From Eledone cirrhosa (lineage: Eukaryota), in assembly GCA_964016885.1 (NCBI GenBank), contig OZ024748.1, positions 47,492,001-47,556,000 on the forward strand: a DNA stretch of 64,000 bases, in the 5' to 3' direction. How positions within the stretch are numbered: the stretch's first letter is position 1; the number at the start of each line of letters is the position of its first letter. A program made the translations under genes and the position numbers. This document shows, one piece after another, positions 40,988 to 52,171 of this stretch. The notes beneath the pieces are model-generated. The model saw nothing but the letters and a program-made list of their open reading frames with translations, was not told the DNA's origin and made no database searches.

Positions 40988-41730
40988 ATCATCACCATCA
41001 CCATCACCATCATCACCACAAACATCACCAACACAACCATCATCACCACAACCATCACCATCACCATCATCACCACAACCATCACCATCACCATCATCAC
41101 CACAACCATCACCATCACCATCATCACCACAACCATCACCATCACCATCATCACCACAACCATCACCATCACCATCACCACAACCATCACCATCACCATC
41201 ATCACCATCATCACCACAACCATCACCACAACCATCACCATCACCATCACCACCACAACCATCACCATCACCATCATCATCACCATCATCACCACAACCA
41301 TCACCATCACCATCATCATCACCACAACCATCACCATCATCACCATCACCATCACCATCATCACCACAACCATCACTATCACCATCATCACCATCATCAT
41401 CTCAACCATCACCATCACCATCACCATCATCATCACCATCACCACCACAACCATCACCATCACCATCATCATCACCACAACCATCACCATCACCATCACC
41501 ACCACAACCATCACCATCACCATCATCATCACCACAACCATCACCATCACCATCATCACCACAACCATCACCATCACCATCATCATCACCACAACCATCA
41601 CCATCACCATCATCACCACAACCATCACTATCACCATCATCACCATCATCATCTCAACCATCACCATCACCATCACCACCATCATCATCACAACCATCAC
41701 CATCATCATCTCAACCATCACCATCAACAT
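40988..41730. repeat. (ATC/ACC) composite triplet array
   Basis: Direct inspection. Confidence 0.95.
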
Positions 41731-41835
41731 TATTACGGCTCTCATCATAGCCACCACATCACTATCATCATCCCCATTCCCATCACGATGTCCATTATCA
41801 CGGACACCACTTCACTAATATAATTCTCCTTCTTG

Positions 41836-42028
41836 GGCGGTAGATTTGGCAGAATCGGTAGAGCGTCAGACACCATGCTTTGCAGCATAGAGTTACAACC
41901 CTTTATGATCTGAGTTCAAATTCCGTCGAGGTTAACTTTGCCTTTCATCCTTACGGGGTCGATAAAATAAAGTACCAGTAATAAACTGGGATAATTGCTG
42001 GCCTTGTGCAAAAAGTAGAAACAATTAT
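41836..42028 (+). mobile_element. SINE, full length
   Basis: A box tggcagaatcgg, B box gttcaaattcc, core and tail. Confidence 0.9.
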
Positions 42029-42425
42029 AACCAGCCTCCACACACCATCAACTTCACCACTACCACCATCATCACAACGATCCCTCTTATCTTCCGTCTT
42101 ATCAGACATCGCCCCCCATCTGAATCTTCCTGAGAACTACGTCATTGAAAGTGTTCAGTCATTTGCGCGTTGATTTGACGAGCAAGCTCTTCCGCTGTTC
42201 GTTCAACAACAAAAAAAACACACAAAAAAAACACCACTACTCGTCGCAAAAGACGGAGATCCGTCACAATTTCTAGATAGTTGGTGACCAGAGGATGGGG
42301 ATACCCTTTCTATTCACAAATAGATTTTTTTGTTATTCTGGGTTGATCCTGATTGATATACGAGGACAATAAGTAGACTCTTGGATTACAGACCATTATA
42401 CATATATACATACATGCATATATAT

Positions 42426-42498
<73 letters not shown>

Positions 42499-42559
42499 AG
42501 GGTGTAGATCGATATCCAGTAATTTCGATCTGGTTGTTTACAATTTGCTCAACAAAATC

Positions 42560-42900
42560 ATATATATATATATATGAGAGTATTGAAGTTTGCTTGAAGC
42601 ATTGTGAAATAATAAGGTAAATTTCTTTAAGTCGTTTGGAAGCCTCGACAATGCAGATGGGTAAATCTCCGGGTAACAAGATCCGGTGGTGGAGAGAGAG
42701 ATGTAAGTGGGTGTACGTTGAGATGCGTGGCGTGTATAAGACTGTAGCGTGTAGAGGAATTAAGGAAAGAGCGTAAAAGATAAAAATAAAAATAACAACA
42801 CGAGAAAGAGTTACCTTGGGAGAGATTTAATTGTCCCTATATATTTCGGATTCACATCCATCGACTGGGGGTTATTTTCGTGGGAGGGGGAGGTTGTCTG
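42560..42900 (-). mobile_element. Penelope-like pLTR remnant with two degenerate hammerhead-like motifs
   Basis: Homologous to 23720-23945; minus strand ccc-CAGTCGA-tggat-gtga-atcc-GAAA-tata-TA-ggg. Confidence 0.55.
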
Positions 42901-43104
42901 TCGGAAAGGTGCGAAACGTGTCCTCCGCTGTTCGTTGTTTTGAATATCTGAGGTATTCAGCAGAGCGCGCGTGCGAGTGATATGGGGTCGGTCGGTTAGG
43001 CAGAGGTCAGCGGCCGAAGTAGTTCTTTCAATTGTGGGAGTGGGGTGGCGCTAGCTGTCAGTCCATTCTCTGCCTGTTTGGTGAATGTTACTGTATGTGT
43101 GTGT

Positions 43105-43527
43105 GTGTGCGTGTGTGTGTGCGTGTGTTGTTGTCTCGCTTGAGTGTGTGTGTGTGTGCGTGTGTTGTAGCCTTGTTCCTCTGTATTGGCAGTGTAGTAT
43201 GATCATATGGTGGAATGCTACTGTGTGTGTGTGTGCGTGTATTGCTGTCTCGCTTGTGTGCGTGTGTGCGTGTGTTGCTAGCGACAGAAAGAGACGTCGG
43301 CACATTACGTATCAAGGAAGCACTTTGGATCAAACGCCTAGGGCCACAATTAAACAACCGATGCGAGAGAAGCGAAATGAAGTGGTTGGTTTAAGTTAAC
43401 AAACGATGCAGCAACACACGCACACACGCACACAAGCGAGACAGAAACACACGCACACACACACACCCAGTAGCATTCCACCATACGAACATACTACACT
43501 GCCAATACAGAGGAACAAGGCAACAAC

Positions 43528-43571
<44 letters not shown>

Positions 43572-43600
43572 AAGCGAGACAACAACACACGCACACACAT
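43105..43600 (+). mobile_element. Truncated Penelope-like element: GIY-YIG C-terminus flanked by an inverted pLTR
   Basis: 43277-43395 encodes ...TERDVGTLRIKEALWIKRLGPQLNNRCE (PLE EN end). 43105-43279 is the reverse complement of 43409-43598. Confidence 0.75.
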
Positions 43601-43899
43601 TAGAAAAATAAAGCTTTAGAGGGTGTCTTTAGAAAAATAAAAAATTAAGAAAAAAGAATTAAAGTATTTAAAAGAATTAAAATTAAAATTAGAATTATAT
43701 AGAATTACATAATATAGAAGTATATAAATATATATAAATATCTATACATACACACGTATATATTATATATTATGAGAAATGTTAAAGATATTATGATTTA
43801 GAGATATTAATATATTAAAAGTATTAAAAATATAAAATGTTAGAACAGATAAAATCATTTTGGAGATTAATAGGAATGTTATAAGTATATTATAAGTTA

Positions 43900-44330
43900 C
43901 ATATAGTTCTGAATGTAGAATTTCGGCGATGTCTGGAACAACTAAATATTTCTGTTCTAAGGTTAATAGAGATTTTACAATTAATTATATAAGACCGTGT
44001 TTCGGTAAGCAGGTGCTTTCGAAATCGTTTTCCACGATAATGAATAGTCTATATTCCTGCTTTTTAAGTTCCATATATGATGTAAGAGGATAGTAGAATA
44101 TTTTTGTCAGATCTTCTAAAAGAATAATTGTGGTTATTCCAGCGAGGTTTAAATTCTGTAGAAGTGGCACCCACATAGTTGAATATATTATCATTAGTTT
44201 TAACTGTACATTTATAAACTATGTTTTTATCTAAACACTTATTTTGTAAAGGGCAGTTTGATTTAATTCTACAGTTACATTTTGCGAAGTTGTTGTTGCT
44301 CGGAACGGAACTATTATACTGGATATTGGT
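43900..44330 (-). pseudogene. Penelope-like GIY-YIG fragment, frameshifted
   Basis: CNCRIKSNCPLQNKCLDKNIVYKCTV...YVGATSTEFKPRWNNHNYSF. Confidence 0.8.
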
Positions 44331-44364
44331 AGAAATATTATTATTACTATTATGGTTATATATA

Positions 44365-44412
<48 letters not shown>

Positions 44413-44697
44413 AACATATATACCTATAAACACACACAAATATATATACATACATTATATATATATATAATTACTCAAGAAAATCATATATATATACACA
44501 ACCATATATACCTATAAACACACAAATATATATAAACACACACATATATATGTATATCATACACATATATAATTGTATATGTATGTATATAGACATACTT
44601 GTAGCCAAACAAACCAACATAGATACATACATAAATATACATACATACGTACATATATACATACATACATACATACATACATACATACATACATACA

Positions 44698-44729
<32 letters not shown>

Positions 44730-45397
44730 CACAGATACATACATACATAGACATACATATACATCATATATATATAAATTGCGTACATACATGCATACAT
44801 ATATATATAAATATACGCACATTTATACGTGCATATAGACATATACATCATGTACATACATAATGCATACATACATGCATACATATACACCATGTACATA
44901 CATAATGCATACATATATACATACGTACATACATACCTACACACATGCTTTACATGCATATACACCATGTACATGCATGTACATACATAATGCATACATA
45001 CATACATACATATATACACACACACACACATACATACATACATACATACATACATACATACATACATACATACATACATACATACATACATACATACATA
45101 CACACCGTAGAACTATTTAGCTATTTTACCGCCAAATTTTAATTAATTTCTATCCAGAGATACAAATAAAATTTTCATTTTATTTGGCAATTTTTTTCTT
45201 TTCCTCCTTATTTCCCCCATTTCTCGTCCTTTTCCCTCGTATTTTCTGTCCCCCTCTTTTTCCCCTTCATTTTCCTCCTTTTCTCTTTCATTTTTGTCTC
45301 TTTTTTCGGATCTTCTAAAAAAAGTTGTTTTTTTTTCTTATTTTTGTTTTTATATTCCTCCAAAACTTTTCACTCGCCTGAAAACTATAATATATAT

Positions 45398-45452
<55 letters not shown>

Positions 45453-45488
45453 GGTGTGTGTGTATATATATATACATATATATATATG

Positions 45489-45539
<51 letters not shown>

Positions 45540-45564
45540 TATGTATATATATATATATATAGTG

Positions 45565-45650
<86 letters not shown>

Positions 45651-45665
45651 CATATATATATATAC

Positions 45666-45697
<32 letters not shown>

Positions 45698-45758
45698 GTA
45701 TGTTTATATATATATATATATAGTGAATGTATATATATATATATATACATATAGTGTG

Positions 45759-45789
<31 letters not shown>

Positions 45790-45855
45790 GTGTATGTATA
45801 TATAATGTATGCATATATATGTACGTATATATATGAATTTAAATTGCTATACAAA

Positions 45856-45913
<58 letters not shown>

Positions 45914-46127
45914 TTCTTTATTTACCATAAAGGCATAAAAAGAAGGGACAAATACAAAGGGGGAGTTTACATATAATCGAGTAAAAAGGGTGTAACATGA
46001 AAATAATCGAAAATAACCTCAAAAGGGAGGGGACGTGATGGGGGTTGCACACACCCCCGAAAAAGTGTGCAATCCTTTGCCCGGGGAGCACATGGAGAAG
46101 GTGCTCCCCTCTCCTTTACTTCTTTAC

Positions 46128-49100
46128 CTACAGGATGGTATACAGAGAAGGCCCATTTACACGAGCCATTCTCGCCACTATCACCCACCTTTCATAAAAC
46201 TGCCTGTGGCCAAGCACCTCTCTCTCCATTCTTATCCTTCTTCCGAAGTGATATCGGAAGAAGTAGACCAGACTATGGCCAGAGAGGAAGTTGCCTGACC
46301 TCAGACCTTTCAATCGTGTCCACCAAACAACCTCTTTCAACATGGCTATTACGCACAGAAAAACCGCCTTTGCTTCCTTTGTGAAGAGGGGAGGCGGTTT
46401 GATTGTCATCACGGACTCGGCGGTCAATTTAATCGGCGCCACCCGCGACAGCAGTTGTTCGGCGTAGCCCCACAGATCAGCCACGCCAGGACATTGCACC
46501 AATGCGTGCGCCACGGTTTCTTCGTGACGCACGCATCTAGGGCAAATCTTTTTTGAGGGATCCCTGCCCGGGCGCCCGTGTCTGTAGAGCCTCTCTCGAA
46601 CGGGTAGAGCCCCTCGGTAGCACTGCCAGGCCAGTGACTTCTGGAAGTTGTCCATTGGTCCTGGGCCGAAAGTCCTACCGAACAGGCTGGCCAGTTCGTC
46701 TTCTTCCATGTCCAGCGACTCTCCAAGGGTGTCATCGCCCCTGCTAGCCACCAGCCCTCTATAGAATGATGAGGTGGATTCTCCACCGATGGCCCGGCCC
46801 GCTTGCCAGAGAGCCCTGAGCGCCTGAGCACACTCAGTGTGCCAGTCTCCCAGTTTTCCGGATCTTTGCTTGACCCAGGACTGTAGCTCGGTGAGTGAGA
46901 CGAGTCTCGGAAAGGCTCGTTTCACGAACGGAGCCCACACCGGTTGACCAGTGAGGAATACCTGTAGGTGCCGTAGCCTTAATGCGTGCCTACGCATCAT
47001 CAACCACGGCATCCCCAGCCCTCCTTTCGAAGGTTGTTGGCAGCAGATGGATCTTCTCACCATAGGAGGACGCTTCTTCCAAAGAAATTGGAAGAGCATG
47101 CGTTCCATGGTGGTGAGTGTTTCCTTAGGGCAAGGCACGACAGTCAGGCGGTAGTAAGTGACGGACGCTATGTAAATGTTCGCCACCTCCGCCCGGCCTT
47201 TTAGGGACAGCTTACACTTGGCCCATTTCTGGGTTAGTGCAAACACCTTGTTCGTAACCTCGTTCCAGTTCTTTTCCACCTGGAGGTCCGGTCCAAACCA
47301 GACCCCAAGCAACTTTACCGGGCCCTCCGTCCAGTGTCCGACGACACCGTCAGGAGGCATCGGTTTGCCTCTCCACGTTCCGAGTTGCAGCCCGATGGAT
47401 TTTTCCAGGTTCAGTTTCGCTCCTGACAACCTTTCGTACTCCTCCAGTAAGGTACCGATCGCCTCGATCTCCGAGTCGGTTGATACCATTACTGTTACGT
47501 CATCGGCGTAGGCCGACACTGCTTTGCTCAATCCTGGTTCCAGGGGGATACCCTGCAACAACTCCAACTTCCTCAGTAAAGGCTCGAGAGTCAATACGTA
47601 CAGAAGGGAGGAGAGAGGGCACCCCTGTCGAATGGATCGTGTGATTTCGAACGGCTTCGAAAGGTAGCCGTTCACCTTGATCCCAGAACAGATGTGGTTG
47701 CTATGTAGGGCAGTGATCCAGCCTCTGAAAACAGGACCGAACCCAGCCGCCGCTAGCACCGCATCCAGGTAACCATGGTCGACCCTATCGAAGGCCTTAG
47801 ACTGATCCAAGTTGATCAGGGCTCCACCGAAGCCGGGTTTGTTGCCAACCCTCTCTATGATGTATCGCATGAGGTGGAGGTTATCGTGAATGGACCCGGA
47901 TGGGATAGCACATGTCTGCGCATCTCCCACCAGGCCACCCACGACAAGCGCCAACCTCTTTGCTAACACCTTGGCCAAAATCTTTAACTCTGTGTTTAGC
48001 AGGGTTATGGGCCGAAAATTATTTATACTATCCCCCTTGTTCTCGTCCTTCCTCACCAGCGTGACTACGCCCTTGGCTACAGAACAAGGAATTCTCCCGT
48101 TCTGCTGCCAATTGCAGTAGACCGCTTCGAGGAGTTCGGAGAAGAAGACCGGCATTGCTAAATAAAGTTCGTAAGGTATACCATCGAGACCTGGAGATTT
48201 GCGTCTGCTGCATTGGCTCAGCGCATCTCCGATCTCATCAGCCGAGATTGGTCCCTCGCAGGACTCTGCCTCTTTGTTCGAGAGACGCGGCAGGCCGTCG
48301 AGGTATGGACCGAAATCCACGCCCCGGCCCGGACCCTCGCCTCCCCCGAACAATCGGGCAAAGTGCTTTTGAAAGGCCTCGCACATCTGCTTAGGCTCCC
48401 GGATCACTCGTCCATCTTCGTCTTGCAACGACCGGATGGTGGATCGATTTCCACTTTTAGCTTCTGTCACGCGGGCCCATCCAACGGCTTTGGCCCCCTC
48501 ATTACCTAGAGCACGTATTTTACTTCGAATGACGCAGCCTTCATGCTTTGCATCGAAAAACTGGTTCAAGGCCGTCCTCGATGCCAGCACTCTGGCCACA
48601 TCTTCGCTCTTGATTGCCTCTTCTAATTTACCTGTTAATTCTTTCTCGTTTCTATTCCTATTGGCAGCTAACATCTTGCTATAACTTATTGATTCTGTTC
48701 TAATCTCTCTTTTGAGAGATGCCCACCATCGGTTGTTGACGATTGCACCCGTCAACCTCTCCTTAACTAATCTGCTAATCCGGTTTCTGTAAGTCTCTTT
48801 TGCCGGTAAAGACAAATTAAGTTTCCAGTAACCGGGACCCTGTCTATGTGTTTTCTCGAGATTGACCACGCAGGTCACTAATTTGTGATCCGTGTAGCCA
48901 ACCGTGCGCATTTCTGGACAGCTTAATATGTCCCTATCCTTACTTCTAACTAAGAATCTATCTAAGTACGATCTAGATTGACCACTGTGGTTTCTCCAAG
49001 TCCAGGTAGGCACAGTTGGAAAATCTAGTCGATATCTATCGACCAAGTTAAAACGGTCGAGTAACCCCTTGAGGCTGTTACACCCCCCTCTATTAGGACA

Positions 49101-49565
49101 TGCTCCTGCATAGTCCCAACGTGCATCCAGGATGTCATTCCAATCCCCCGCTAGAAGCAGGGAACGCGACGTTCCCAGAAAAGTCTCCAAACGCTGGAAG
49201 AAGTCGGGCCGTTCAGCTCCGAAAGGGGAGTAGACGGCGACCAGTCTCAAGGCCGCACTTTCACTACTGCCAACGTCTAGCACCAACAAACGACCCTCCG
49301 GGTCCGAGTGCACAACCTGTACGGCAAGACCCAGGTGTTTTTGCAGCAGCACGACAACCCCACCCCCACCTCCAGGTTGACAGAGAGATGCATGCACTTC
49401 AAAGTCATCGAAGGTGGGAGCCAGCTGCCGCATGACGCTGATTCGAGTCTCACAGATAACCATTACATTTATACTACATGACCTGAGGTCATTTAGAAGC
49501 TTTGCTTGCTTCCAAGTTGAGCCCAGGCCACGTGCATTCAAACATCCTACTCTTAACACATCCAT
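46128..49565 (-). CDS. LINE ORF2: APE endonuclease, RT and C-terminal zinc finger (Tx1/L1 clade)
   Basis: APE motifs LNARGL, ICETR, LAGDWN, SYLDRF and TDHK; Tx1-type GPGYWKLN; RT motifs KSPGLDG, FRPITLLN, LDQSKAFDRV, RQGCPLS and AYADD; CPRC...HALVQC. 1145 aa, uninterrupted. Confidence 0.97.
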   Translation of the reverse strand: MDVLRVGCLNARGLGSTWKQAKLLNDLRSCSINVMVICETRISVMRQLAPTFDDFEVHASLCQPGGGGGVVVLLQKHLGLAVQVVHSDPEGRLLVLDVGSSESAALRLVAVYSPFGAERPDFFQRLETFLGTSRSLLLAGDWNDILDARWDYAGACPNRGGCNSLKGLLDRFNLVDRYRLDFPTVPTWTWRNHSGQSRSYLDRFLVRSKDRDILSCPEMRTVGYTDHKLVTCVVNLEKTHRQGPGYWKLNLSLPAKETYRNRISRLVKERLTGAIVNNRWWASLKREIRTESISYSKMLAANRNRNEKELTGKLEEAIKSEDVARVLASRTALNQFFDAKHEGCVIRSKIRALGNEGAKAVGWARVTEAKSGNRSTIRSLQDEDGRVIREPKQMCEAFQKHFARLFGGGEGPGRGVDFGPYLDGLPRLSNKEAESCEGPISADEIGDALSQCSRRKSPGLDGIPYELYLAMPVFFSELLEAVYCNWQQNGRIPCSVAKGVVTLVRKDENKGDSINNFRPITLLNTELKILAKVLAKRLALVVGGLVGDAQTCAIPSGSIHDNLHLMRYIIERVGNKPGFGGALINLDQSKAFDRVDHGYLDAVLAAAGFGPVFRGWITALHSNHICSGIKVNGYLSKPFEITRSIRQGCPLSSLLYVLTLEPLLRKLELLQGIPLEPGLSKAVSAYADDVTVMVSTDSEIEAIGTLLEEYERLSGAKLNLEKSIGLQLGTWRGKPMPPDGVVGHWTEGPVKLLGVWFGPDLQVEKNWNEVTNKVFALTQKWAKCKLSLKGRAEVANIYIASVTYYRLTVVPCPKETLTTMERMLFQFLWKKRPPMVRRSICCQQPSKGGLGMPWLMMRRHALRLRHLQVFLTGQPVWAPFVKRAFPRLVSLTELQSWVKQRSGKLGDWHTECAQALRALWQAGRAIGGESTSSFYRGLVASRGDDTLGESLDMEEDELASLFGRTFGPGPMDNFQKSLAWQCYRGALPVRERLYRHGRPGRDPSKKICPRCVRHEETVAHALVQCPGVADLWGYAEQLLSRVAPIKLTAESVMTIKPPPLFTKEAKAVFLCVIAMLKEVVWWTRLKGLRSGNFLSGHSLVYFFRYHFGRRIRMEREVLGHRQFYERWVIVARMARVNGPSLYTIL

Positions 49566-49598
49566 GTGGGCGGCAGAGCCAAAGGAGAGTGTAGAGAC

Positions 49599-51479
49599 CT
49601 ACCTTTCCGCTTCCCGGGGTTCGGGTTGCACGACTTCCATGGGGTCGGGGGTGTTGGGTGAAGGGGTGTCTTGTGGTGGTGTGGGGTCGTCGGTGTGTGG
49701 TGGGGTTGGGGTGTTTGGAGTTGTGTTGGGGAGGGGAAGGGGAGGGGGAAAGCTTTTTAGTAGGACGCGGTTTATGGGTTTGACAGAGGGTGGTCCTACG
49801 TCCTCCTTAAAATCCTTTTTTAGTTTTTGGTAGAGGTTCATTGGGATTTTTATTAGTTTTAAATGTGGGTGGTTTTCTGATGAAACAAAGTTTACACCTT
49901 GGGTTTGTACCGAAGGATTATTGTATATGAGTTCATTTAATTTATTATTGTTTCTGTTGATGTAAGTATAGTGTAATGTCTTTTTTTCCGATGGTGTGAG
50001 TGTTTCGAAGAGGGGAGGGGCAGGTTTGGTTTTGTTTGTTGCTGGAGGGGTGTTTTCTGTTTTGTTAGATTGTGTTGCGATTTGGGTGGGGGTTGTTTGT
50101 CCTTGTGTGTTTTGCACATGTTTTCTTTTTTTCCTTTTAATCTGTCTGAAGGACTCCGTTTCTTCCTCCGAATTCGTTGGGTTATCTTCAGTGTTGGAGG
50201 GAAGAGGTATGTTTGCTGGTAATGTTTCCGTGTTGGTTTTCTTTGTGGGGGAGATGGATGTCACTATGTTAGACTGTGTTGTGTGTTGTGTCTGCGGTGG
50301 TTGTGTTGTTTTATTGAGTGAGAGGTTGGGTGGGCCTGTATTTTGTTTTGGGGTAATGTGTTGTGACTGTTTGTGTTGTGGTGGTGTTGTGGTGTTACTG
50401 AGGGACGGGTTGGGTGGGACTGAGTTTTGTTGTTTGTTTATCTGTTGTGGTGGTGGTGGTGGAGCTGGTGTTGGTAGCAGAGTTTTCTTTTTGTTGAGTT
50501 GTGGACAAGCGGCCTTCAGGTGCCCTCTGCCTGCACAGATATGGCAGGACGGCCTTCTCCCCTCCACGCTAATGTTTATATACCCGTGGTCCTCTAATAG
50601 GATTCTGTCGGGTATTTGGGCGATGCGTTCAGGCTTCATTTGTACTACCAGCTCTATACCTGTTCCACTGAACGCATTGCCTGTGGTTTTCCCAATGGAA
50701 ATCACGTTGTCATTCACTGGATCGATGAAGCCAGCTATGAGCCAGCAGTAGTCCACATCTGGCATCATTGCATCCAGCCATATGCGTTGAGTTTTTTTTC
50801 CCATATAAGATGGATAAAAGGTGAAATTTTTCGAACGAATCGGTGACAAAGCACATTTTTTTGCCGCCGATTCGTTCTTCATGATAATTGCTAGGCTTCC
50901 ATACAGTCTGTCTTTTCTTATGAAAGTTGTTTCATTCAGTACTTCTGCGAGTACTGTTTTGATATCTGCTTGAGAAGGCTGTTCAGGTTTTTTTGTACTG
51001 TTGTTGATGGTCCGAAACTTGACCGTTCGGCTTTCAATGTCTTTCGTGAATTCTTGAGGCATTTTTACCAATAAAATACCATTCTCACCTTCACTTATGT
51101 ATTGTTTTGCGTCCGTGATCCTTCGTACCACATCTGAAATGTTTTCCGCTATATAAGTCAAAGATTTCTTTGTTTTCTGTGCAAATGAAATCTGGTCGTC
51201 TGCTTTGTTTTCTGATATGATGTTATTTTCAACTGTTATTTTTTTGTTTGTTGTGTCTTTGTTTGTGTTATTAGTATTGTCATGCAATTTTTCAAATTTT
51301 TTTTTTTCGTTGTTTTCGTCATTTAATTTTTTTTCCTCCGCAGATTCGTCCGTTTTTATTTTCATTTTTCCTTCCTTCTCTATGACGTTAGTTGGGAAGG
51401 AAGGGAGGACTAAAGCGTGCGAGCTTACAACTCTTACCGCTGTCCCCCCACCACTATTTTCGTTCGCTGCGTTTAACAT
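49599..51479 (-). CDS. LINE ORF1: gag-like protein with a CCHC zinc knuckle and a Pro/Thr/Gln-rich C-terminus
   Basis: VEGRRPSCHICAGRGHLKAACP (CX2CX4HX4C); lies upstream of ORF2; 626 aa, uninterrupted. Confidence 0.92.
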   Translation of the reverse strand: MLNAANENSGGGTAVRVVSSHALVLPSFPTNVIEKEGKMKIKTDESAEEKKLNDENNEKKKFEKLHDNTNNTNKDTTNKKITVENNIISENKADDQISFAQKTKKSLTYIAENISDVVRRITDAKQYISEGENGILLVKMPQEFTKDIESRTVKFRTINNSTKKPEQPSQADIKTVLAEVLNETTFIRKDRLYGSLAIIMKNESAAKKCALSPIRSKNFTFYPSYMGKKTQRIWLDAMMPDVDYCWLIAGFIDPVNDNVISIGKTTGNAFSGTGIELVVQMKPERIAQIPDRILLEDHGYINISVEGRRPSCHICAGRGHLKAACPQLNKKKTLLPTPAPPPPPQQINKQQNSVPPNPSLSNTTTPPQHKQSQHITPKQNTGPPNLSLNKTTQPPQTQHTTQSNIVTSISPTKKTNTETLPANIPLPSNTEDNPTNSEEETESFRQIKRKKRKHVQNTQGQTTPTQIATQSNKTENTPPATNKTKPAPPLFETLTPSEKKTLHYTYINRNNNKLNELIYNNPSVQTQGVNFVSSENHPHLKLIKIPMNLYQKLKKDFKEDVGPPSVKPINRVLLKSFPPPLPLPNTTPNTPTPPHTDDPTPPQDTPSPNTPDPMEVVQPEPREAER

Positions 51480-51712
51480 TTCTGTTAGACGATTGAAATT
51501 TTTTACACAAAATTTTTTAAAACAGGTTTTTCACCTCTAGGAGGGGTAAAGATGAGCTGACCCACCGCCTGACAGTTCAGACGGAGGGTCAAGCTACACA
51601 ATTGTATCAAAATTAAGTTTGAACTCACAAAATTTCCTCAATAAATTTGAACAAAACTTCTGTGCGAAGTGAATGACATCCACACTGTAGAACAGACGAC
51701 AGCTAGATTAAT

Positions 51713-51764
<52 letters not shown>

Positions 51765-52019
51765 GTTGCGGGTGAGTATGTATATTTGAGTGTAAACAAA
51801 ATAAAATAATTGAAAATGTCATTACAGTTGCAGCAGTGCACAACTGAAAATGAAGAGTTTATAAATTTAGATGGTGTGGATGGTGATCCTGAAGAGGGTG
51901 GTGGTGGTGGTGGTGGTGGTGGTGGTGGTGGTAGTAGTAGTAGTAGTGGTGGTGGTGGTAGTAGTAGTAGTAATAGTAGGAATTGTAGTAGTAGTAGTAA
52001 CAGTTGTGGCAGTAACAGC

Positions 52020-52075
<56 letters not shown>

Positions 52076-52171
52076 CAGCAGCAGCAGACTCACACTTTCA
52101 GAGTTTCACACAATTGTGTCTCACACTGTCACATGTATACACAGTCACATTTCGACATCCTCAACCTGACA

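Larger units (their letters stand above)
45913..51712 (-). mobile_element. Full-length L1/Tx1-clade LINE inserted in (GATA)n
   Basis: 5'UTR, ORF1, ORF2, then a 3'UTR with AATAAA (plus-strand tttatt 45917-45922). (GATA)n abuts both ends (45859-45913 and about 51715-51764). Confidence 0.93.

Noticed and set aside
37201-41757. 1244-aa Ser/Thr mucin-like ORF and 1140/1402-aa antisense ORFs
   Set aside because: Pure triplet arrays stay open in several frames on both strands. The ORF starts in (TA)n and has no signal peptide, domain or clear splice context. Coding cannot be fully excluded without RNA data.
46035-51540. Plus-strand ORFs overlapping the LINE
   Set aside because: Antisense shadows of ORF1/ORF2 with no recognisable motifs.
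51810-52169. Possible exon LQQCTTENEEFINLDGVDGDPEEG followed by a Gly/Ser run
   Set aside because: An acceptor-like site is present, but there is no convincing donor and the sequence runs into (GGT)/(AGT) microsatellite.
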